Positions 51,442 through 62,233 of a DNA stretch of 64,000 bases are shown in pieces. A model generated the notes under the pieces. The model was not told the DNA's origin. It worked only from the letters and a program-made list of their open reading frames with translations, and made no database searches. A program made the position numbers and the translations under genes. Origin of the DNA: an uncultured Nitrososphaerales archaeon (GTDB taxonomy: Archaea > Thermoproteota > Nitrososphaeria > Nitrososphaerales > Nitrososphaeraceae); the NCBI GenBank assembly GCA_963695855.1, contig CAVOHZ010000010.1, positions 736,001-800,000 on the forward strand, read 5' to 3'. Positions within the stretch are counted from its first letter, which is position 1. Each line of letters opens with the position of its first letter.

Positions 51442-52713
51442 ATGTCCTCTGTGCATATGGAATATAGAGTCAAAGATATTATACTTTCTAATACTGGTAA
51501 AAAAAGAATTGATTGGGCAGAGTCACATATGCCTGTCCTTTATGCTTTAAGAAAAAAATTCGAAGCTACAAAACCTCTAGAAGATATCAAAGTATCTGGT
51601 TGTCTTCATGTCACAAAAGAAACTGGTGTCTTGGTTAGAACTTTAAAAGCTGCTGGTGCTCAAATCTCTTGGTGTGGTTGCAATCCTTTAAGTACCCAAG
51701 ATGATGTTGCTGCTTCTCTCGCACAGGATGAGGAAATAGCCATTTTTGCGAGCAGAGGAGTGTCTACAGAGCAATATTATGAAGATATTTATTCTACTAT
51801 AAAACAAGGTCCTAATCTCACTATCGATGACGGTGCTGACCTTACCGTTGAGATTCACAATAAATTTGCTTCTAATGGATTCGATCTACTTGGGGGAACG
51901 GAAGAAACAACTACCGGAGTGATTAGATTGAGAGCTATGGAAAAATCTGGTAAATTGTTATATCCAATTATTGCAGTAAATGATGCCGAGACAAAACACG
52001 ATTTTGATAACGTGTATGGTACAGGCCAATCCGCACTCGATGGGATTATTCGTGCAACAAATGTACTGATTGCTGGAAAAAACATAGTTGTAGCCGGATA
52101 TGGTCATGTAGGTAAGGGAATAGCTAGAAGAGCTTCAGGCTTGGGTGCAAACGTGATAGTTACTGAAGTGGATCCAATTGCTGCACTTAAAGCGAAACTT
52201 GATGGATATTCAGTAACATACATGAATGATGCAGTATCTAAAGCTGATATTTTTATTACTGCTACTGGTTGTAAAGATGTCATTTCATATACACATATTT
52301 TGAACATGAAGGATGGTGCTATCCTTGCAAATGCAGGGCATTTCAATGTTGAAATTTCCGTTTCTGAATTGGAAAGGAATTCAATTAAGAAAGAATCCAT
52401 TAATGAAAGTACTATGCTATATCAATTATCTAAAGATAAAAAGATCTATTTGATCGGAGAAGGCCGTCTGGTTAATCTAGCGGCAGCGGAAGGACATCCT
52501 TCTGAAGTTATGGATATGAGTTTTGCAAATCAATTTTTGGCTGTTCTAAAACTTTCTAAAGTTGGTAAGGATTTGAGACCAAGTGTTTACAATGTAGATA
52601 AAAGTCAAGATCAAGAGATTGCAATGTCAAAACTTGGTTCAATGAATGTAAAAATTGATGTTCTTTCCCCCGGACAACAAGAATATCTTTCTGGTTTTAG
52701 CGAAGGAACTTGA
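51442..52713 (+). CDS. ahcY: Adenosylhomocysteinase
   Basis: CNPLSTQD, DDGAD, EETTTG, FDNVYGTGQS, GEGRLVNL..AEGHP. Confidence 0.97.
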   Translation: MSSVHMEYRVKDIILSNTGKKRIDWAESHMPVLYALRKKFEATKPLEDIKVSGCLHVTKETGVLVRTLKAAGAQISWCGCNPLSTQDDVAASLAQDEEIAIFASRGVSTEQYYEDIYSTIKQGPNLTIDDGADLTVEIHNKFASNGFDLLGGTEETTTGVIRLRAMEKSGKLLYPIIAVNDAETKHDFDNVYGTGQSALDGIIRATNVLIAGKNIVVAGYGHVGKGIARRASGLGANVIVTEVDPIAALKAKLDGYSVTYMNDAVSKADIFITATGCKDVISYTHILNMKDGAILANAGHFNVEISVSELERNSIKKESINESTMLYQLSKDKKIYLIGEGRLVNLAAAEGHPSEVMDMSFANQFLAVLKLSKVGKDLRPSVYNVDKSQDQEIAMSKLGSMNVKIDVLSPGQQEYLSGFSEGT

Positions 52714-52774
52714 TCTTCTTTTAAGGTCATGAAAGAAATAAAGGAACCTAAATCCTCTTATTGTATATCCTTTT

Positions 52775-52849
52775 GGATGGGTAGTCTAGCCTGGTTAAGA
52801 TACCTGTCTCACACACAGGTGATCGAGAGTTCAAATCTCTCCTCATCCA
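52775..52849 (+). tRNA. tRNA-Val (CAC)
   Basis: Acceptor GGATGGG/CTCATCC, anticodon arm CCTGT-CTCACAC-ACAGG, T arm GAGAG-TTCAAAT-CTCTC. Confidence 0.95.
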
Positions 52850-52879
52850 TCAATTAAACAATAAATCCGATCCTTTTTA

Positions 52880-53562
52880 CAGGGCTTTATGCCTTCCTGT
52901 TAAAATTTTTCAATATATAATAACAGAATTAAAAAAATTCGTTGATATTCCAAGACTGGGTCCAAAGAGCATAACAAGGATTGAAGCTTATTTCTCTTAT
53001 GAAGAGTATTTGCAGAAATTATTCTATCTAGAGTTACACGAATACAGGATCAGCAATAAACATTCAGATATACATTGTATTCTGTTCCTATATTGGTCAA
53101 TGGTACCCGTATCACAGTAACAATTTCTGCATAGCTTACCTAAATTCAAATAAATGTTTGCATGCAAATATTATGGCAACAGAGCAAAATAAAATAAAAT
53201 AATATCAAAAAGGAACTCGTTATAGGTAGTAGTTGTAGACATACAACATGATACTGAAGATAATCATAGGCTTATAAGAGACAAACTGAATAGATTCAGG
53301 ATTACACTCCCAAAGTATGCAGATAAACCAATACTGAAAACTCATGGAAAATACAGTGAGTTGAAACTTGCATACAACAATGTTTTGTACATGAAGAGAA
53401 ATAATATAGATCAGATTATATTATCTTTCATAGAGTTTTTGGAGAACATACTACATTCAGATTGATACTATTGCAGAATAGAGAGGTCGTTTTTAGATCT
53501 ATTGCGTCTAATGTTCATAGCATGATATGTTCGTAATTATCTTGATGATTTCTACGCAACCG
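52880..53562 (+). pseudogene. Decayed IS5-like (DDE) transposase remnant next to tRNA-Val
   Basis: Fragment RVFGEH..FRL...QNRE..FRSIASNVH and end sequence GATTTCTACGCAACC; many stops; left boundary approximate. Confidence 0.55.
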
Positions 53563-53774
53563 TATTAACCGATCATTTAAATAAAAACACTAGGTCTGCT
53601 TTAAGACATGTTTTTTTACTATTAATTATTATTCAAATAAACTAAAAATTATTTCAAATATTTTTTATCATTGTTTGCTTGTCAAAATTCAATGTATGAC
53701 CAAATGAAATTATCTTGGTTTTGATATATGTGTAATAAAAAAAAGGAGTCAAATATTAGAAAAAATAGGGAATT

Positions 53775-54818
53775 TTATTTTTTCCTAGCTTTCACTAATA
53801 CCAATACTGCCACGGCTCCCATCATTCCTCCAAGAATTAATAATACTTGAATGGGAAAATCACCTGATGATGTAACAGTTCCTTCTGGAGCATTAGGTGT
53901 TACAAATGCTACTTCTCCACCACCAACTTTTTGAACTTTTGCAAATCCACCTATCTGTATCTGAGCACTGGGTGGTGGATTTGAAGTTCTGATTGCTACC
54001 TCTGAACCATCGATGGTCGCTTTGGCCGATGCCTCCTTTGCAGTATGTGTTCCTTCTCTAAAACTACTTTCTCCTAGTGAAAATACGGAAACAACTTTAG
54101 TACCTCCTTCTCCTGAGTAACCTGATCCAGCAGCCGATGCCTGACTTCCGGTGGGGTCAAACAGAAAATGCCATGTGTCCATCGGTAATCCTATGTCCTC
54201 GAAATCTAACAATGGTATCTGAAGAATTTTTTTTGAATCTTCTGAAGAGGATAATATTTGAGCCGCTTCTGGGTATTTTGCCAATATTGGTGCCATTGGA
54301 TAGTTTATATCAAATTTTCCATATTCTGGAACGCTAACTGTAAGTGGACCCTGAACTACTACACTCCTCCAATCAAGATCAACTGCGGTAGTCCCGTTAG
54401 TTGGAAGTACAAAATTAGTAATTTCTGGCGTGAATTTAATTTTATATGATATTGACACTCGATTTTCCTCACCTCTTATTTGAGCAGCATATTCTAATTT
54501 AGCTTTGGATAGTTGTATAGGGCTATTTTTTTCTACAAGAATAGCTTCATTAACCGATTTCACAAGCTCATTCATTCCTGCGTCTGATGAATTCAATTTA
54601 AATGATATGCGGTCATTTGTACCATTAAATATCTTCGATATTTCGCTTCCTGGCTCATATTTCATAGTTAAAAATCTTACACTCGTAAATACAGGATCTG
54701 CCTTGTCACTCTCCGGCAAAAGAAATACTTCCATCTGTGCAGCAAATGCCTGTGAAAAAACAACAGGTACTAATATCAATCCCATGACCCAATATGATGA
54801 TAAGGCCTTTCGATTCAC
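53775..54818 (-). CDS. Secreted protein with C-terminal membrane anchor
   Basis: Signal peptide ending QAFA, C-terminal TM helix followed by KARKK. Confidence 0.8.
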   Translation of the reverse strand: MNRKALSSYWVMGLILVPVVFSQAFAAQMEVFLLPESDKADPVFTSVRFLTMKYEPGSEISKIFNGTNDRISFKLNSSDAGMNELVKSVNEAILVEKNSPIQLSKAKLEYAAQIRGEENRVSISYKIKFTPEITNFVLPTNGTTAVDLDWRSVVVQGPLTVSVPEYGKFDINYPMAPILAKYPEAAQILSSSEDSKKILQIPLLDFEDIGLPMDTWHFLFDPTGSQASAAGSGYSGEGGTKVVSVFSLGESSFREGTHTAKEASAKATIDGSEVAIRTSNPPPSAQIQIGGFAKVQKVGGGEVAFVTPNAPEGTVTSSGDFPIQVLLILGGMMGAVAVLVLVKARKK

Positions 54819-54839
54819 ACTAAATCTCTAAATTTGACG

Positions 54840-54921
54840 AATATAATTCTTATTATTAAAAAATTGGCTTATTTTAAAAAAATATAATTCTTATTATTAA
54901 AAAATTGGCTTATTTTAAAAA
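54840..54921. repeat. 41-bp tandem duplication in a divergent promoter region
   Basis: ATATAATTCTTATTATTAAAAAATTGGCTTATTTTAAAAA twice with period 41. Confidence 0.9.
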
Positions 54922-55040
54922 TATTATCTTAAATATGTGAAAAATTTCAATTTTTTTACAATTTGAAACAAGTCGGTTCTCCATAATGTCAGTCAATTAA
55001 TCGAAAATTTTACATTCGTCATTTTAATTTTATTTGATGA

Positions 55041-55952
55041 TTGATCACAGTTTTAGCCGGAGGAACCGGCTCCATTAAGATAATTCGCGGGCTAAGCGTT
55101 ATTACCTCCAAAATATCGATAATTGCTAACGTTGGGGATAACTTTTGGTTTCAGGGCTTGTATATATGTCCAGATGTTGACACGTCACTCTATGGACTAA
55201 AAGGAATACTTGACAAGGAGCGTGGTTGGGGTATAAAAAATGACTCTTTTACTTTTATTGACACTCTGAGAAGGTTAGGAGAGGAAAACTGGTTTAAAAT
55301 AGGAGATAAAGATCTTGTAACCCATATTATCAGAACAAGATTGTTACGAGAAGGCCTACCGCTATATGAAGTAATTAAAAAGATTGCAAAATTGTATGAT
55401 ATAAAACACAATGTTATACCAGCTACCGATACACCAATTGAAACAAGAATAATTACCGATAAAGGAGATATAAACATTCAAGAGTTTTGGGTAAAATATA
55501 AAGGAAAACCAAGAGTTTACGATGTCTATTATAAAAATGTTGAAAACGCCAAGATAAATGAGAATATTACAAAATTATTACGTCATTCCAAATCTATAAT
55601 CATAGCACCAGCTAACCCGATTTCGAGTATTGGGCCAATAATAGCTATTAAACCAATTCAAGATGAATTAATATCTCAAAGAAAAAAAGTTTTAGCTATC
55701 TCTCCTATCATTGGAAATAAACCATTCAGTGGACCAGCTGCAAAATATCTTGAATCCAAAAGAATTGAAATCTCATCTCTTGGAATAGCAAAATTTTATT
55801 CCAGATTTGTAAGTAAATTAGTTATTCATAAAACAGATCATCTTCTTTCAAAACTTATTTTAGATATAGGAGTTCAGCCATATATCACAAATATCATTAT
55901 GCGAGGTCCTAGAGAGGAAGTCAATTTGGCAAAATACATTTCAGCAATATAG
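55041..55952 (+). CDS. cofD: 2-phospho-L-lactate transferase (F420 biosynthesis)
   Basis: LAGGTG, NVGDN, ICPDVDT, IGDKD, PANPISSIGPI, FSGPAAK. Confidence 0.93.
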   Translation: MITVLAGGTGSIKIIRGLSVITSKISIIANVGDNFWFQGLYICPDVDTSLYGLKGILDKERGWGIKNDSFTFIDTLRRLGEENWFKIGDKDLVTHIIRTRLLREGLPLYEVIKKIAKLYDIKHNVIPATDTPIETRIITDKGDINIQEFWVKYKGKPRVYDVYYKNVENAKINENITKLLRHSKSIIIAPANPISSIGPIIAIKPIQDELISQRKKVLAISPIIGNKPFSGPAAKYLESKRIEISSLGIAKFYSRFVSKLVIHKTDHLLSKLILDIGVQPYITNIIMRGPREEVNLAKYISAI

Positions 55953-55959
55953 GTAGAAT

Positions 55960-56601
55960 TTGAGATTGAAAGTAGTTGCGATTGTGCCAATAAAGAATAT
56001 GGATTCTTCCAAATCTAGACTATCCTCCATATTGAATCAAAATCAAAGAAGAGATCTAGTAAATTTTCTACTTGACTTAACAATCAAAGAACTAAATAAA
56101 TCCTCTTTGATAACCAATATCCTTTTAGTATCAAGCAATAAATATTTCAGAGAAGTTTATAAAAACAAAAAAATTGGATTTCTCACAGATTTTAATGAAG
56201 GAGTAAATAAAGCCATCTCACTGGCTGATTCTTATCTAGAAAATCAGAAAATCGACGCAAGTATAGTAATTCCCATAGATTTACCTCTCATCACTTCTTG
56301 TGATGTTGATTATTTTTGCAGAATGTCCATGGAGTTTTCAAAATGTGTAGTTATCTGCCCTTCTAAAAGATTGGATGGAACCAATATCATGTTACGGAAA
56401 CCACATAATGTCATTAAAACCTATTATGATGACAACAGTTATCAAAATCACTTTCTAGAAGCAAAACTTCACAATGTCCCCATCAAACCGATATATCGCG
56501 ATAATCTTACTTTTGACATTGATACAAGGGAGGACTTGATTTCATTAACAAAAATTGGCAACTGGGAAAATATTTTAAAAAAATTGGGATTATTTTCATG
56601 A
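55960..56601 (+). CDS. cofC: 2-phospho-L-lactate guanylyltransferase
   Basis: VPIK....KSRLS, IDLP, DGTN, FDIDT..DL; follows cofD. Confidence 0.9.
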   Translation: MRLKVVAIVPIKNMDSSKSRLSSILNQNQRRDLVNFLLDLTIKELNKSSLITNILLVSSNKYFREVYKNKKIGFLTDFNEGVNKAISLADSYLENQKIDASIVIPIDLPLITSCDVDYFCRMSMEFSKCVVICPSKRLDGTNIMLRKPHNVIKTYYDDNSYQNHFLEAKLHNVPIKPIYRDNLTFDIDTREDLISLTKIGNWENILKKLGLFS

Positions 56602-56659
56602 TTTTTTTATTTGATATTTATAATTTTACTAGTTAACTATATTAAGTATAGATAGCAAT

Positions 56660-57718
56660 TTGAAAATAATGAAGGCGGCAGTTTTTAGAGAATATAACAA
56701 GGATCCTACACAGGTAATTAAAATTGAAGATATAGATACTCCGAAAATAAAACCTAATGAAGTTTTGATAAAGGTCGAATCAGCTTCATATAATTATAAT
56801 GATTTATGGGCAATTTGGGGAGATCCTGTCCAAACCCCACTTCCTCATATTTCAGGAAGTGATGTAGCTGGTACAGTGGTAGAGATTGGAGAAGAGGTAA
56901 CCAACTTTAAGCTAGGAGACAGAGTTGTTTCTCATTCTAATATGAGTTGTAGAACTTGTGCTTTATGTACAGCTGGAAAAGAATATGATTGTCCACAAAG
57001 AAACATTTGGGGTTTTCAAACTGGACCTCTTTGGGGAGGATTTGCACAATATACCCATTTGCCGGAAGTAAATGTAGCCAAGATACCAGATACAGTATCT
57101 TTTGATGATGCTGCAGCAATTTCAATGGTGGGAATGACATCATGGCATATGTTAGTTGGTAGAGCGAAGATAAAACCAGGACAAACAGTTTTGATAATGG
57201 GGGGAACAAGCGGAGTAGGAATGGCGGGAATCCAAATAGCAAAATTATATAATTGTGATGTTATTGCAACTGGGGGTAATCAGGCAAAAATGGATAAGTG
57301 TCTGGAGCTCGGTGCGGATCATGTTGTAAACCATCGAGAGTCTGATTGGGCTAAGAAAGTACGAAATCTAACAAATAAACAGGGAGTGGATGTAGTTTTC
57401 GAACACATCGGAAAATCTGTTTTTCCACAGGAAGTCTCTTTATTAAAAATGGGAGGAACCCTTGTAACTTGCGGTGCCACCACTGGCTATGACTCCACGA
57501 TAGATTTGAGATATCTTTTCTTTAAAGGCACTAATCTTCTTGGTTCTACTCAGGGAACAAAAGCAGAATTGGAAGATGTCATATACTGGGTTGGTAAAGG
57601 TAAAATCAAACCTCTTATAGCAACAACTTTACCATTTTCTGATATGGTGAAGGGTCATACCATGATGGCTAATGCTGATCAGATTGGGAAGATCGTCACA
57701 ACTCCACAAAGCCTTTAA
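56660..57718 (+). CDS. Zinc-binding medium-chain dehydrogenase/reductase
   Basis: GSDVAG, CRTCALC..G....C structural Zn site, GGTSGVG, CGATTG. Confidence 0.88.
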   Translation: MKIMKAAVFREYNKDPTQVIKIEDIDTPKIKPNEVLIKVESASYNYNDLWAIWGDPVQTPLPHISGSDVAGTVVEIGEEVTNFKLGDRVVSHSNMSCRTCALCTAGKEYDCPQRNIWGFQTGPLWGGFAQYTHLPEVNVAKIPDTVSFDDAAAISMVGMTSWHMLVGRAKIKPGQTVLIMGGTSGVGMAGIQIAKLYNCDVIATGGNQAKMDKCLELGADHVVNHRESDWAKKVRNLTNKQGVDVVFEHIGKSVFPQEVSLLKMGGTLVTCGATTGYDSTIDLRYLFFKGTNLLGSTQGTKAELEDVIYWVGKGKIKPLIATTLPFSDMVKGHTMMANADQIGKIVTTPQSL

Positions 57719-57747
57719 TCTTTTCTTTTATTTTTTTCATTACTCCA

Positions 57748-58689
57748 GTGATTTTACAGATGGTATTTAGGAGCCTTTTATTTATACCCGGAAACAACAA
57801 GAAATTTTTGGATAAATCTAAGACTCTATCTCCTGATATAATCTGTTATGACCTGGAAGATTCTGTTCCCCTTAATGAAAAAGAAAATGCAAGGCAAATG
57901 ATAATGCACGCTACATCGCTTGATAAATATAAGGATAATTCTGTCGAGAAACCGCAGATGTTGGGAAAATTAGCAAATACTAATTCCCAGGTTTTTGTTA
58001 GAATAAATTCATTTGAATCTGGAATATATGACCAGGATTTAAGATCTACATTGAATAGTGGAATAGATGGAATAGTTATACCAAAAGTAAACTCAGTTTT
58101 CGAACTTGAACAAATAATCAATCTTATTATATCTTTGGAAAAAGAAAGGAGTCTCGAAAAAATAAAATTAATCCCATCAATTGAATCTTCTTTGGGCGTT
58201 GTAAATTCATATTCGATTGCTTCTTTTGATTCTAGAGTTGTTGCATTAGTTTTTGGTGTTTTTGATTATTTATATGATATGAAACTAGATTATTCTGAAC
58301 GTGATGGATTAGAATATAGTTATGCGCGAGCAAAAATTCCGGTTGATGCACGAGCTGCTGGCATTTCTGCTTTAGACTCTATATGGCAAAAAATTGACGA
58401 TATTGATGGACTAAAACAAGATGCAATGGTAGCAAAGAGGCTGGGATATTCAGGAAAAACCATAATTCATCCCAAACACATTGATTTTGTTAATGAAGTA
58501 TTTTTTCCCTCAAAAAATGAAATAGATTGGGCAACCAAAGTGATATCTATCGTCAAACAATTCGAAGAGAAAGGAGATAAAAGAGGCGCACTCAAGATAG
58601 ACGGTAAAATGGTTGACGCTGTTCATTTTAAACAGGCTAAATTAATACTCGAAATATTGAAACACAAGCAAGAAGAAAAAAGTTCCTAA
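57748..58689 (+). CDS. CitE/HpcH-family CoA ester lyase
   Basis: RSLLFIPG, DLEDSV, FVRIN, IPKV, GKTIIHP, GKMVD. Confidence 0.9.
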   Translation: MILQMVFRSLLFIPGNNKKFLDKSKTLSPDIICYDLEDSVPLNEKENARQMIMHATSLDKYKDNSVEKPQMLGKLANTNSQVFVRINSFESGIYDQDLRSTLNSGIDGIVIPKVNSVFELEQIINLIISLEKERSLEKIKLIPSIESSLGVVNSYSIASFDSRVVALVFGVFDYLYDMKLDYSERDGLEYSYARAKIPVDARAAGISALDSIWQKIDDIDGLKQDAMVAKRLGYSGKTIIHPKHIDFVNEVFFPSKNEIDWATKVISIVKQFEEKGDKRGALKIDGKMVDAVHFKQAKLILEILKHKQEEKSS

Positions 58690-58751
58690 CCTAGTAAACT
58701 TTTGATGGTGGGTCAATAAGGTTTATTTTCTGATCATTTTCATAGCATGAT

Positions 58752-60107
58752 ATGGCCATTCTACCAATAGATTCGGGAAGGTATGGTAGCAAGGAAATCA
58801 AAATGATCTTTGAAGAAGACAAAAAACTTGAATATGCACTTCAATTTGAAGCCGCTGTTGCTTCTTCTCAATCAAGTCTAGGTTTAATACCCAAGGAGGC
58901 ATCTGATGAGATAAATTTACATGTAAATTCTGGCAACATTAGAGTAGCAAGGATTAAGGAACTTGAATCTACTACCGACCATGATATAGCAGCTCTCGTG
59001 CAAGCTTTGAGTGAACAATGTTCCCAGAATACAAAGCCTTGGGTCCACTTTGGTCTAACCAGTAACGATATTGTTGATACTACTACGTCAATGCAATTAA
59101 AAGATTCATTGGCTATAATAGAATCAAAAATTAGAACGCTAGCATCCTTATTTTCTGAGAAAGCTTTACAATTCAAGAACCAGCCTGCAGTAGGGAGAAC
59201 TCATGGACAGCATGCTAGCATTATTCCATTCGGTTTAAAATTTGCAGTCTGGGCAATCGAAATGGTAAAACATATTGAAAGAATCAGAGAGGGAAAAAAG
59301 AGATTCCTAATCTGTAAAACTCTAGGTGTAGTAGGTACAGGATCTCTGATGGGAGAAAAAGCATTGGAGGTCCAAGATAAAGTTGCTATCTCTTTGAATT
59401 TATATCCATCTGACGCTGCTACACAAGTAATTCCAAGAGAGAGGCTGGCAGAATTTCAATTTTTGGTAGCACTTGTAGGAGCGACTCTAGATAAAGTTGC
59501 AATAGAAATAAGGAATTTACAACGTCCAGAATTGGATGAAGTATCTGAATTTTTTAAGGAAGGTCAAATGGGAAGCAGTGCAGTACCAGTAAAGAGAAAT
59601 CCTATAAAAAGCGAAAGAGTGTCATCCTTAGCAAAACTTTTGCGTCCGTTAGTACAGGTTGCTATGGATAATATCAGTTTGTGGCATGAAAGAGATCTCT
59701 CTAATTCTGCAAATGAAAGATTCACAATTCCTATGGGAATAATACTACTTGATGAGATGCTAAATACTATGATCAAAGTTATATCGGAACTGAATATTAA
59801 CATTGATAAAATTTTTTCCAATATAGAAATTACAAAGGGACAAATTTATGCAGAATTTGTTTTGGAATCATTGGTTAAAAAGGGAATTCCAAGAATAAAT
59901 GCATATAGGGATATTCAAAGAATAGCCTTTGCGGCTAAAGAATCTGGAAAACACTTTATTCAAGCTATAAAGGATGATGATATATTATCATCTCATTTCA
60001 ATGATGATGAACTTGATTCTCTGTTTAAGCCACAAAATCATTTTGCCTCAGCTATTCAAATCATAGAAAATGTTTCTAATATTGTCTCGAAAGAATTTAA
60101 AAAATGA
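58752..60107 (+). CDS. purB: Adenylosuccinate lyase
   Basis: HFGLTSND, GRTHGQHA, GSSAVPVKRNP, HERDLSNS. Confidence 0.96.
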   Translation: MAILPIDSGRYGSKEIKMIFEEDKKLEYALQFEAAVASSQSSLGLIPKEASDEINLHVNSGNIRVARIKELESTTDHDIAALVQALSEQCSQNTKPWVHFGLTSNDIVDTTTSMQLKDSLAIIESKIRTLASLFSEKALQFKNQPAVGRTHGQHASIIPFGLKFAVWAIEMVKHIERIREGKKRFLICKTLGVVGTGSLMGEKALEVQDKVAISLNLYPSDAATQVIPRERLAEFQFLVALVGATLDKVAIEIRNLQRPELDEVSEFFKEGQMGSSAVPVKRNPIKSERVSSLAKLLRPLVQVAMDNISLWHERDLSNSANERFTIPMGIILLDEMLNTMIKVISELNINIDKIFSNIEITKGQIYAEFVLESLVKKGIPRINAYRDIQRIAFAAKESGKHFIQAIKDDDILSSHFNDDELDSLFKPQNHFASAIQIIENVSNIVSKEFKK

Positions 60108-60292
60108 ATGAATTTAGTTGTCATTATTTACGTTTCATTTCTATCTAAAGATACAAAGATATCTTCGTAATATCTTTTCTAACTTTTATAATTATAATGG
60201 AAATACCAAAAATATATGTACTGATTTTTAGTTGAATATAAAATTCTATGTTCCATGAATAATTCTACGAATGTTAAAAATTATATTTATTT

Positions 60293-61476
60293 GAGAGTGG
60301 GTCATAATTCATTAAACGAAAATTGTAATGTTAACAATAGTATATACTCAATCCTTATGTTCCTAACATGTATTTGATTGCTCTGGGATTATCCTTGTTG
60401 GTTTTACAGTTGTAGTATACAAGAATCTGGTATAGCAAAACAGATAGTAGTACTATAACACAGCCCTTGGTGTATCCTCGTACAGGTAATGGATCTATCC
60501 TGAACGCGGATTTGATATGTTGTATCAACGGCTCAATTGATATACTTCTCAAGGAATAGATAGCCTGTCCAATATTCGATTCATAAAATTCAACTAATTT
60601 TATCCGGTCAGCAGATGTATTTTCATATCTTTTTACTGGACACACCAATTGAAATCCCATATCTGTACTGAGATCATATAATTTATGATCATCGTATCCA
60701 GGATCTGCAGACATGAATAATGTTCTTTTTATAATCCTAAAAGGAATACTTGCTGTCAACATACTGTATATTTGATTGTCAGGTATGTTGGCAGTTGTAA
60801 AATCTGCTGCCAAAGGTACAATGATAGAACCAGTACTAGAAGATATCATATGTAATTTGTATCCAAATATCCAACCTTTTGTATGACTGAATCCCCACAC
60901 TGCATCAGTATCAATACCGGAACGTGGTACTACTTTTTTCTTTATAGATGATTTATGCCAGACATGACCTTTAGCCTTTACAAGTGTACTGTCTGTTGAA
61001 AGAACAGATGGATCGATTATTTTATCGTGAACAAAAATATCACTCATTATAGTTATTCTGTTTTTAATATCATTGGATATTGTGACAAGGCGTCTATCAA
61101 ATGTTCTTCTGCTAGGTACTCTGTATAGCCCACATACTTTCATTACCTTTTTGTTATACGATAGATCCATTGCAAGGTATTCATGCAATGCTCTGTTAGA
61201 ATCCAATCTAAACCAAATACGTACTATAAAACATCTCAAGATAACAGTAGGAGAATAGACATATGGTCTACCACGTCCCCCTCCTCCTCCTCCTCCTCTA
61301 TTATTTTTATGTGGCCAACGAATCAAACCAATCAAATACAAAATACTAATTAGAATAGATGTTGATCTTTTCTGCTGTGCTAGTTTGTTGGTTTGGATGA
61401 TAGTTACACCAAAACATCATACACCAATAAACTAGCTTTATTCGTTATGAAAATGGAATAATTATGACCCAGCCTC
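60293..61476 (-). mobile_element. Insertion sequence (1184 bp) with DDE transposase
   Basis: 17-bp TIRs GAGAGTGGGTCATAATT and GAGGCTGGGTCATAATT (15/17); 8-bp direct repeat ATTTATTT at 60285-60292 and 61477-61484. Confidence 0.92.
60355..61341 (-). CDS. DDE transposase (IS4/IS5/IS982-like)
   Basis: DST, DTDAVWG, FGYKLH, ADPGYD, R.SIE; GRP..YS N-terminal motif. Confidence 0.88.
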   Translation of the reverse strand: MYLIGLIRWPHKNNRGGGGGGGRGRPYVYSPTVILRCFIVRIWFRLDSNRALHEYLAMDLSYNKKVMKVCGLYRVPSRRTFDRRLVTISNDIKNRITIMSDIFVHDKIIDPSVLSTDSTLVKAKGHVWHKSSIKKKVVPRSGIDTDAVWGFSHTKGWIFGYKLHMISSSTGSIIVPLAADFTTANIPDNQIYSMLTASIPFRIIKRTLFMSADPGYDDHKLYDLSTDMGFQLVCPVKRYENTSADRIKLVEFYESNIGQAIYSLRSISIEPLIQHIKSAFRIDPLPVRGYTKGCVIVLLSVLLYQILVYYNCKTNKDNPRAIKYMLGT

Positions 61477-62233
61477 ATTTATTTAAGATAGTGTTTTAGA
61501 TAATAATGGTATCTTTTATGACAACCGATATTGTTTTTAGACGGATATTTTTTCTTTTTAAGAAAACGCCATTATTGAAAGTAGACTGGTATTATCAAAA
61601 TTGAAAAAGATACGATACAAAATAGTAAGTCACATGAATATATTTATGAAGATAAAAGAGCAGATGCGTTGTACCAGAGTTGTAACAAAATATGGTAAAT
61701 AATGGTTACAATTATGCTTGCAAACCTATTAGAAGTTGAATTATGCAATTCAGATAAAAATAATTGAATATTCTAATATCATTCTGTTGAATTGCGAATA
61801 CTCAAGAAATTATGTGAGAATGTGCAACTTTAATTGCCCTTGTTTTTGAATCCCTTGAAACGTTTTCATAAAACAGATATCACGCAATATTGAAAAACCT
61901 TGTTAAATATGTGTAAGTTCAGTTACCATTACAAGAAAGAATACCAGGTACTGATGTCCAAATAACTGCATCTTCCAAGTTGCACCCAAATTTGATAATG
62001 CATCTTAGTGATATTCATAATAAAAGTAATCCAGTAGAGCCAGAAAGTGAAATAACAATAAAGGTAGATAAGGAAAAGCTAAATCATGAATGCAATGACA
62101 ACTAAATATAGGATGAAAATGCATATAAAAATTAGTACCCCTATTATAATCAAAATCCTGTTTATTGATAACTAAAATTACTATTTTATATTATTAAAGT
62201 AATATATTCAATAATTATTTAATATTGTTTTGA

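Noticed and set aside
52850-53770. Integrative element at tRNA-Val
   Set aside because: No integrase and no duplicated tRNA 3' end seen; only an IS remnant
61485-62200. Possible decayed gene between the IS and the asparagine synthase-like gene
   Set aside because: No recognisable motif in the frames read
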